Shown in pieces: positions 1 to 7,603 of a stretch of 11,755 nucleotides of DNA. The stretch's first letter is position 1, and each line of letters begins with the position of its first letter. Below the pieces are notes generated by a model. It searched no databases and was not told the origin of the DNA. It worked only from the letters and a program-made list of their open reading frames with translations. The position numbers were made by a program, and so were the translations under genes. Source of the DNA: Octopus sinensis (lineage: Eukaryota); assembly GCF_006345805.1 (NCBI RefSeq), contig NW_021827053.1:1-11755 (forward strand). The letters are read 5' to 3'.

Positions 1-74
1 CTTGGGATCCAAAAAAACCGCAATCCTATGATTGCGAGTCCACTGCCCTAACCACTGGGCCATTGCACCTCCAC
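1..74 (-). mobile_element. 5' tRNA-like head of SINE family A, cut off by the window edge
   Basis: Reverse complement begins GTGGAGGTGCAATGGCCCAGTGGTTAGGGCAG with a Pol III A-box (TGGCCCAGTGG). It closely matches the head at 6200-6256. Confidence 0.9.
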
Positions 75-90
75 ACACTCACACACACAT

Positions 91-121
<31 letters not shown>
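75..121. repeat. (CA)n/(TA)n microsatellite
   Basis: Direct reading of the sequence. Confidence 0.95.
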
Positions 122-122
<1 letters not shown>

Positions 123-359
123 CTGTAAAATAATATTATTTATAGATAAATTTCCTCTATTTACATAATATTGAGGTCTCTTTCTTTCTTTTGTTATCTT
201 ACCGTTTTTACTAATATATATATATATTCAAGATTAATCAGCCGAAATTGCTAGGATTATCCGGTTCTTGACTGAAGATTGAAGGCTTCGAATGTCCCGT
301 CCGTGTTTTTTGTATCGTCTTCTAAATGTTTTACGTTCTTGTCCCAGTTTGTATTTTTC

Positions 360-390
<31 letters not shown>

Positions 391-411
391 CTTTATTTAA
401 AGCAGCAGAAA

Positions 412-468
412 ATTCAACAAAATCTGTTACTCTGAGTTCTCGTTGCCGTTCATCAGACAGTTTTTGTT
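412..468 (-). ncRNA. Mirror copy of the hammerhead motif, missing one core A (GAAC instead of GAAAC)
   Basis: Reverse complement reads CTGT-CTGATGA-ACGGCAACGA-GAAC-TCAGAGTA-ACAG. Confidence 0.55.
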
Positions 469-475
469 AGATTCT

Positions 476-529
476 AGCAAAAACTGTCTGATGAACGGCA
501 ACGAGAAACTCAGAGTAACAGATTTTGTT
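476..529 (+). ncRNA. Minimal type I hammerhead ribozyme motif (Penelope-like element type)
   Basis: Core CTGATGA 488-494. Short helix II CG-GCAA-CG 496-503 with an A.A mismatch at its base. GAAA 505-508. Near-palindromic helix III ACTC-A-GAGT 508-516. GUA cleavage triplet 515-517. Helix I CTGT 484-487/ACAG 518-521, extended by CAAAA/TTTTG after one mismatch. Confidence 0.75.
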
Positions 530-693
530 GAATTTCTGCTGCTTTAATAAAGCATATACTCTACCCCTGGTATTTGAGTACTCTTTTTTCCACCTTGTTT
601 CACATTTATGTGGTTTACTCCGGTATATATATATATATATATTGACATTATAGATTGGTAACCACTACACACATTTTTTTTCTCTCCTTGTTC

Positions 694-729
694 CTTTCTG
701 TAGAAGAGCATAGGCTCGAAACGTAAAAG
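694..729 (+). ncRNA. Degenerate minimal hammerhead-like motif of a second sequence family
   Basis: Helix I CTTT 694-697/AAAG 726-729. Core CTGTAGA plus an extra A at 698-705, with A6 changed to T. Helix II GAGC-ATAG-GCTC 706-717. GAAA 718-721, palindromic ACGT 721-724, GUA triplet 723-725. Confidence 0.5.
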
Positions 730-1103
730 ACTTTTTCAATTCCCGATCGTTAAACTAATACATCTGTTTGTTTTCGACACCACCTGTCTTCGTCTTTGGT
801 TTTTTTTTTTTGAATTCTCCATATATATATATAAACAATTCAAATAGCGTTATGTGGGCCTTATTAAGGGTTTATCATCCGAGGAAATACTGGTTCAATA
901 CCTAACGTTTTGGGGGAAATTGATTTCCTTAAAATAATAGATTTATATATAAACCATTGTTTATATTCTCGTAAAGGAAGTAAAAAACGGATATATTGCC
1001 ATTAATACAAGGTTATTATCGGCAACAAATCAATCGATTTGTTGCTGATAACTCCTATTACTCTCAATATCTCCATTTTCTTCTTCTTCTTCATATACAC
1101 ACA

Positions 1104-1310
1104 CGAGGGGTGGGAGTGAAAAGATCCTGGTTTTAAGGGTGTTGTAAAAGGCTTGGTTGAAGGCCCAATGTTCCAAGTTCTTTTATAGGGCTTAGAAGAA
1201 CTGAAGGACCACTGCAATAAATGTGTGAATCTGAGAGGGGAATATGTTGAATAAAATCATAATTAACTGATCTTCGTCTATTTTCTTTTACTCAAAGCCA
1301 GGAACTTGTG
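1104..1310 (+). mobile_element. Mariner-derived non-autonomous element (MITE) retaining the transposase C-terminus
   Basis: Starts CGAGGGG. Inverted repeats AAGATCCTGGTTTT 1121-1134 and AAAGCCAGGAACTT 1294-1307 match at 12/14. 1148-1254 translates, with one frameshift, to KAWLKAQCSKFFY/GLEELKDHCNKCVNLRGEYVE*, which resembles the mariner C-terminal W...FF/Y..G...L...W.KC....G.Y.E pattern. Confidence 0.8.
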
Positions 1311-1332
1311 TATATATATATATATATATATA

Positions 1333-1562
1333 TTTCTTTACTGCCCGCAAGGGGCTAAACATAGAGGGGACAAATAAGGACAGACAAAGGGATTAAGTCG
1401 ATTACATCGACCCCAGTGTGCAACTGGTACAGTTTTTAATCGACCCTGAAAAGATGAAAGGCAAAGTCAACCTCGGCGGAATTTGAACTCAGAACGTAAC
1501 GACAGACGAAATACCGCTAAGCATTTCGCCCAACGTGCTAACGACTCTGCCAGCTTGCCGCC
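1333..1562 (-). mobile_element. tRNA-derived SINE family C, near full length, with a MetaSINE-like central domain
   Basis: Minus strand has an A-box-like TGGCAGAGTCGTT (1540-1552), a B-box-like GAGTTCAAATTCC (1478-1490), a central GCCTTTCATCTTTTCAGGGTCGATTAAAAACTGTACCAG (1424-1462) resembling the Meta domain (from recall), and an A-rich end running into (TA)n. Confidence 0.85.
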
Positions 1563-1571
1563 TTATATATA

Positions 1572-1602
<31 letters not shown>
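1563..1602. repeat. (TA)n/(TG)n microsatellite
   Basis: Direct reading of the sequence. Confidence 0.95.
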
Positions 1603-1614
1603 AATAATATAAAT

Positions 1615-1916
1615 GTGGAGGCACATGGCCTAGTGGTTAGAGCAGCGGACTTGCGGTCGAGGGAGCACAGGTTCGAATCTCAGTCTGGACGATGTGGGTA
1701 TTTATGAGCAAAACACCTAAGCTCCACGCGGCTCCGGCAGAAGGTAATGGTGAACTTCTGCTGACTCTTTCACCACAACTTTCTCTTACTCTTTCCTCCT
1801 GCATCTTGCAGCTCACCTACGATGGGCCGGCGTCCCATCCAGGTGGGGAACCTATACGCCAAAGAAACCGGGAAACCGGCCCTTATGAGCCATGCATGGA
1901 TCGAGAAGGAACAAAC
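1615..1916 (+). mobile_element. Full-length tRNA-derived SINE with family A head and body, an alternative 3' tail and a 12-bp TSD
   Basis: A-box TGGCCTAGTGG 1626-1636 and B-box GGTTCGAATCT 1670-1680. The TSD AATAATATAAAT occurs at 1603-1614 and 1917-1928. Confidence 0.92.
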
Positions 1917-2162
1917 AATAATATAAATAATATTTAAATATGTGCATATATACATACATATATGTACATACCTACATCTATATGTATATATACATGCATA
2001 TATGGGTACAGGACATCAAACAAACGTTGAACACAATGGGAAACGAAAACGTAGAACTAACTTTTTTCCAAACAATGAAAAATACAGAGAAACGAGAGAT
2101 GTAACATAAGGAATATGCCCCTTCTTCAGTTGTCCCTGTTTCAGCTTCTCCGCGTTTAAAAT

Positions 2163-2557
2163 ATAGTGTTAAGTGAGAAAGAAAGCAAATGATGCTGGAT
2201 CATAAATATAGCATGCCCGGCTGACATCAAGAAATGCAATAAGGAAGAAAGAAAAGTCGAGAGATATGACAGGTTAGCTTGGGAGGTTAAACAGTTATGG
2301 TCGCTGAAAAAGGTGGTAGTAGTACCAATAATTGTCGGAGCCCTGAGAACAGTGAGTAAAAATCTTGAGAACTATGTGGAACAAACAGGGGCTGCAGTAA
2401 GGGCAGAGCACTTGCAGAAAACAGCACTGCTTGGAACCGCTCGAGTACTCTGAATGGTGCTCGCAAAATAAGGGGTGTTACCTTAGTTCACTGGTAGTGA
2501 ACAGCTGGCATTGTAGTACATCTCCAGTGTTAGAAAACAATAACTAATAATAATAAT
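2163..2557 (+). mobile_element. 5'-truncated non-LTR retrotransposon 3' end with restriction-like endonuclease domain (R4/Dong-like), pseudogenised
   Basis: 2163-2471 reads IVLSEKESK*CWIINIACPADIKKCNKEERKVERYDRLAWEVKQLWSLKKVVVVPIIVGALRTVSKNLENYVEQTGAAVRAEHLQKTALLGTARVL*MVLAK*, with the RLE C-terminal K..Y..L, PIIVGALG and LQK.ALLGTA motifs and two premature stops. A short 3' UTR and a (TAA)n tail follow at about 2538-2557. Confidence 0.88.
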
Positions 2558-2560
2558 ATA

Positions 2561-4103
2561 GGTGGTTTCAGCCAGGTTGCTATCAAAAGGGTTAAGAATT
2601 GTTTCTCTATTATATATTTTAACCCTTTCGTTACCATATTTCTGTTGAGATGTTCTGTGTTTCTTTCAATTAATTTTAAATATAACAAAGAATTTAGTAA
2701 AATAACTTAGTTAACATTAAGCTAGTGTTAGGAACATAAATTGTGACTAAGGTTTGATGGAAGATTTTAATTCAGAACTTTTGAAAGCAAGACATTTGTA
2801 CAACAGAGCCAGAGGTGGTTTCAGCCAGGTTGGTATCAAAAGGGTTAAGAATTGTTTCTCTATTATATATTTTAACCCTTTTGTTACCATATTTCTGTTG
2901 AGATGCTCTGTGTTTCTTTCAATTAATTTTAAATATAACAAAGAATTTAGTAAAATAACTTAGTTATCATTAATCTAGTGTTAGGAACATAAATTGTGAC
3001 TAAGGTTTTGTGGGAGATTTTAATTGAGAACTTTTGAAAACAAGACATTTGTATTACTGAGCCAGAAGTGGTTTCAGCCAGGTTGGTATCAAAAGGGTTA
3101 AGAATTGTTTCTCTATTATATATTTTAAACCTTTCATTACTGTATTTATTTTGAGATGTTCTGTGTTTCTTTCAATTAATTTTAAATATAACAAAGAATT
3201 TAGTAAAATAACTTAGTCACAATTTATGTTCCTAACACTAGCTTAATGATAACTAAGGTTTGGTGGAAGATTTTAATTCAACTTTTGAAAACAAGACATT
3301 TGTGTTACAGAGCCAGAGGTGGTTTCAGCCAGGTTGCATCAAAAGGGTTAAGAATTGTTTCTCTATTATATATTTTAACCTTTTGTTACCATATTTCTGT
3401 TGAGATGTTCTGTGTTTCTTTCAATTATTTTAAATATAACAAAGATTTAGTAAAATAACTTAGTTATCATAAAGTTAGTGTTAGAACATAAATTGTGACT
3501 AAGGTTTGGTGGAAGATTTTAAGTCAAAACTTATGAAAACAAGACATTTGTATTACAGAGCCAGAGGTGGTTTCAGCCAGGTTGGTACATCAAAAGGGTT
3601 AAGAATTGTTTCTCTATTATATATTTTAACCTTTTGTTGCCATATTTCTGTTGAGATGCTCTGTGTTTCTTCAATTACTTTAAATATAACAAAGAATTTA
3701 GTAAAATAACTTGGTTATCATTAAGTTGGTGTTAGGAACATAAATTGTGACTAGGTTTGGTGGAAGATTTTAATTCAAAACTTATGAAAACAAGACATTT
3801 GTACTACAGAGCCAGAGCTAGTTTCAGCCAGGTTTGTATCAAAAGGGTTAAGAATTGTTTCTCTATTATATATTTTAACCCTTTTGTTACCATATTTCTG
3901 TTGAGATGCTCTGTGTTTCTTTCAATTACTTTAAATATAACAAAGAATTTAGTAAAATAACTTGGTTATCATTAAGTTGGTGTTAGGAACATAAATTGTG
4001 ACTAAGGTTTGGTGGAAGATTTTAATTCAAGACTTTTGAAAACAAGACATTTGTACTACAGAGCCAGAGGTGGTTTCAGCTGGGTTGGTATCCGAAGGGT
4101 TAA
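2561..4103. repeat. Tandem array of ~251-bp units (six full units plus a 35-bp partial)
   Basis: The GGTGGTTTCAGCC anchor, or a variant of it, recurs at 2561, 2814, 3067, 3318, 3566, 3817 and 4069. Confidence 0.98.
2623..4099. mobile_element. Six piggyBac-type MITE copies (~220 bp each) forming the array units
   Basis: Each unit is TTAA-CCCTTT(C/T)GTTACCA...TGGTATCAAAAGGG-TTAA with ~14-bp TIRs. Copies: 2623-2844, 2876-3097, 3129-3347, 3379-3598, 3630-3847, 3879-4099. They are separated by the same 23-bp spacer GAATTGTTTCTCTATTATATATT. Confidence 0.8.
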
Positions 4104-4619
4104 GCTCATATATATAAATGTTAGCCAAAAGCTATTGTATTTTTGTATTGAGGAAATAATTCCTAAAATATTAGTAGCCATTTTCTATATATAAATCATA
4201 TTTTGTTGTTTTTCCTTCAATTCTTTTTTTGTTTTTTAGATATTATACAAGAAAATCTGTCTCCCAGTCATTCGATTGGTTGTTCAGTTCAACTGATCAA
4301 TCAATCTTTCAATCAATTAAAGTCTTTGTCAAGCATTTAGGAGACCGAGAGATCAATCAAGCCAACCAACCAGGTTTAAGCGGAGGCACTTCATTTTTTG
4401 CTGGTCAGATATACTGTTTGCAGTTTTGATCTCTTCTGTGATACCATAAGAGATGTCCATTTATTCATTGATCTTCCAATCAATCAACCAAGCAAGCAGT
4501 CAATCAGAGGATCAATTAATCAGTCAATACATTCACAAAGAACAATCAAATAGACCAAAAATAACCCAGAAAAACGGAATTTTTTGCTGGTCAAATATAA
4601 GTGCGTATATTAATCTATA

Positions 4620-4732
4620 TGTTTATCTGTCTGTCTGTCTATCCATCCATCCATCCATCTATCCATCCGTCCGTCCATCCATCTGTCTCTCTATCTATCT
4701 ATCTACCATCCATCCATCCATTTATCTATTTA

Positions 4733-4763
<31 letters not shown>

Positions 4764-5017
4764 TCATCTGTCTATCTCTCTCTCTATATATATATATGTG
4801 TGTGTGTGTGGTATATATAATATATATATATATATATATACACATATATATATACATATACATACATATATATACATATATATATACATATACATATATA
4901 TATATACATAGATATATATATACATATACACACACACACACATATATATATACATATACATAGATATATACATAAATACATATATATGTATGTATACATA
5001 CATACATGCATACATCA

Positions 5018-5052
<35 letters not shown>
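4620..5052. repeat. Compound microsatellite: (TCTG/TCCA/TCTA)n followed by (TA/CA/TG)n
   Basis: Direct reading. It accounts for the low-complexity ORFs at 4453-5090. Confidence 0.97.
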
Positions 5053-5057
<5 letters not shown>

Positions 5058-5422
5058 GTTGTATAAGGCTGGTTTAGGTTTCACATCCATAAAGGGATTG
5101 CCTTTATGTCATACCATCAGATCCCAAAACCTTTTGGCTAAAAGCCTCTCTACCGATTCATTTTAGTCAGATGGATCAACCCCTGTACTTAACGTCTTTT
5201 GGGGGATTTTGAGCTGATTTCCCATAATTCCATCCAACAAACAAACAAAAAACCCCTCACTTGCATGAACATACACCTTGAAGAAAGGGGTCGCAAACCC
5301 CGATGTCATTGGCTTTACACATGCTCTGGGTATACCTATTTGTCTAGCTTCACACTAATCTCTGTTTCTCTGTATGTGTGCTTCACCCCCAATCATTTCC
5401 AGTTAGCTTCTAAACACTTTAT

Positions 5423-6256
5423 ATGGATGGAAGCACTCCGTCGGTTACGACGACGAGGGTTCCGTTTGATCCGAATTAACGGAACAGCCTGCTCGTGAGA
5501 TTAACGTGTAAGTGGCTGAGCACTCCACAGACACGTGTACCCTTAACGTAGTTCTCGGAGATATTCAGTGACACAGAAAGTGACAAGGCCGGCCTTTGAA
5601 ATACAGGTACAACAGAAACAGGAAGTAAGTTGGAGAAAGTTTGGTTTAAGAGTACAGCAGGGATCAACCACCATCCCCTGCCGGAGCCTCGTGGAGCTTT
5701 AGGTGTTTTTCGCTTAATAAACACTCACAATGCCCGTCTGGAATCGAAACTGCGATCCTACGACGCGAGTCCGCTGCCCTAACGACTGGCCCATTGGCCT
5801 CACATATATGCTGGCCCTGAAATACAGCGAACAGGAATTATAGTGGGAGAAAGTTGTGGTTACAGAGTACACAGGTCACCACCATCCCCTGCCGAGCTCG
5901 TGGAGCTTTAGTTTTTTCGCTAATAACACTCACAATGCCCTGTCTGGAATCGAAACTGCGATCCTACGACCGCGCGTTCCGCGCCCTAACGACTGGCCCA
6001 TTGTGCCTCCACATATATGTATATATATATAGGCTGGCCCTTTGAAATACAGGTACAACAGAAACAGGAAGTAAGAGTGGGAGAAAGTTGTGGTTAAAGA
6101 GTACAGCAGGGATCACCACCATCCCCTGCCGGAGCCTCGTGGAGCTTTAGGTGTTTTTCGCTTAATAAACACTCACAATGCCCGGTCTGGGAATCGAAAC
6201 TGCGATCCTACGACCGCGAGTCCGCTGCCCTAACCACTGGGCCATTGCACCTCCAC
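5423..6256 (-). mobile_element. Family A SINE with a triplicated 5' half, enclosed in one 12-bp TSD
   Basis: Full copy 5423-5803 plus 3'-truncated copies 5810-6012 and 6032-6256. The TSD TAAACACTTTAT occurs at 5411-5422 and 6257-6268. Each head has A-box and B-box-like motifs. Confidence 0.92.
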
Positions 6257-6467
6257 TAAACACTTTATGTATGAAATACGTTAACACCAACTCAGCTCTT
6301 TCTCTCTGTTGCTCCGTGACTCACAAGATACACATCTCCATTTTGTTTCCATTGCTTTATTCTTCCTTTCCTCGTGTTTCCTGTATTAAATCTGTTAACA
6401 CAAACTTATCACTGTCTCCCAGCCTCTTTCCCTCTCCCTCCCTCTCTCTCTCCCTCTTTCTCTCATA

Positions 6468-7048
6468 CTCTTTTACTCTTTTACTTGTTTCAGTCATTTG
6501 ACTGCGGCCATGCTGGAGCACCGCCTTTTAGTCGAGCAACTCGACCCCGGGACTTATTCTTTTGTAAGCCCAGTACTTATTCTATCGGTGTCTTTTGCCG
6601 AACCGCTAAGTAGCGGGGACATAAACACACCAACATCGGTTGTCAAGCAATGCTAGGGGGACAAACACAGACACACAAACACACACACGCATGTATATAT
6701 ACTCATATATACGACGGGCTTCTTTCAGTTTCCGTCCACCAAGTCCACTCACAAGGCTTTGGTTGGCCCGAGGCTATAGCAGAAGACACTTGCCCAAGGT
6801 GCCACACAGTGGGACTGAACCCGGAACCATGTGGTTGGTAAGCAAGCTACTTACCGTATATGTATATATATATATATATATAAACGACAGGCTTCTTTCA
6901 GTTTCCGTCTACCAAATCCACTCACAAGGCATTGGTCGGCCCGAGGCTATAGCAGAAGACACTTGCCCAAGATGCCACGCAGTGGGACTGAACCCGGAAC
7001 CATGTGGTTGGTTAGCAAGCTACTTACCACACAGCCACTCCTGCACCT
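6468..7048 (-). mobile_element. Family B bipartite SINE with a duplicated head
   Basis: Tail 6468-6688, internal TA/CA tract, head lacking its 5' end 6712-6855, TA linker, complete head 6885-7048. It is the reverse complement of the copies at 8026-8437 and 11013-11390. Confidence 0.92.
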
Positions 7049-7186
7049 ATGTTTACTTCTACTTAACATATTAATACACCTTGTATATCTTATATATTAA
7101 CACAAATCTATCTATTCGTCATTTTGTCACTTATTATTATTTCTAATTAGTAATTTTTCCATACATTTAACATTAACACTGATTAA

Positions 7187-7347
7187 GCTGGTGTGTTTAC
7201 GTCCCCGTTACTTAGCGGTTCGCAAGAGACTGATAGAATAAGTACTGGGCTTACAAAAGAATAAGTCCCGGGGTTGAGTTGCTCGATTAAATGCGGTGCT
7301 CCAGCATGGCCGCAGTCAAATGACCGAAAGAAGTAAAAGATTAAAAA
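7187..7347 (+). mobile_element. Family B SINE, partial 3' half
   Basis: Matches 8281-8437 from GCTGGTGTGTTT through GCAGTCAAATGAC to AGTAAAAG. Confidence 0.9.
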
Positions 7348-7362
7348 TATAGAGAAAGATAC

Positions 7363-7390
<28 letters not shown>

Positions 7391-7396
<6 letters not shown>

Positions 7397-7603
7397 GTCT
7401 GTGTTTGTTCCCCTAGCATTGCTTGACAACCGATGCTGGTGTGTTTATGTCCCCGTCACTTAGCGGTTCGCCAAAAGAGACCGATAGAATAAGTACTGGG
7501 CTTACAAAAGAATAAGTCCCCGGGGGTCGAGTTGCTCGATTAAAGGCGGTGCTCCAGCATGGCCGCAGTCAAATGACTGAAACAAGAAAAAGAGTAAAAA
7601 GAG
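7391..7603 (+). mobile_element. Family B SINE 3' half without a head
   Basis: Matches 8248-8437 and ends in (AAAAGAGT)-type tail repeats. Confidence 0.9.

Larger units (their letters stand above)
391..552. repeat. Long inverted repeat with ~80-bp arms and a 3-nt loop
   Basis: 391-470 is the reverse complement of 474-552 apart from one substitution and three single-base homopolymer indels. The loop is ATT at 471-473. Confidence 0.97.
391..623 (+). mobile_element. Probable Penelope-like retroelement pseudo-LTR remnant with an inverted 5' segment
   Basis: Hammerhead motif, inverted terminal duplication, a right arm that continues as non-palindromic sequence to 623, and (TA)n tracts on both sides. 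The family assignment is inferred; no RT or GIY-YIG coding sequence is present. Confidence 0.55.

Noticed and set aside
265-300. CTGAAGA...CTTCGAA hammerhead-like words
   Set aside because: There is no GAAA core, and I could not build helix I or helix III.
1615-1690. Possible genuine tRNA gene
   Set aside because: The acceptor and T-arm pairing is broken, and the sequence continues into a SINE body enclosed by a TSD. The same applies to the other tRNA-like heads.
2116-2146. GAAAC and CTGAAGA on the minus strand
   Set aside because: Only 8 nt separate them in this order, too few for helices III and I of a permuted hammerhead, and no helix II partner is visible.
2561-4103. CRISPR-like repeat-spacer appearance
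   Set aside because: The 23-bp spacers are identical, the repeats are ~220 bp, there are no cas genes and the context is eukaryotic.
2747-4194. Repeated 60-70 aa ORFs (MVEDFNS...)
   Set aside because: They are by-products of the MITE tandem array, and frames and stops vary between units.
4453-5090. ORFs of 75-152 aa on both strands
   Set aside because: They are translations of tetranucleotide and dinucleotide microsatellites (poly-IY, LSIY) with no domain-like sequence.
5053-5410. Unique sequence with a small GGGG/CCCC hairpin and ORF 5199-5498
   Set aside because: The hairpin stem is only 4 bp, the ORF runs into the SINE tail, and I recognise no protein similarity.
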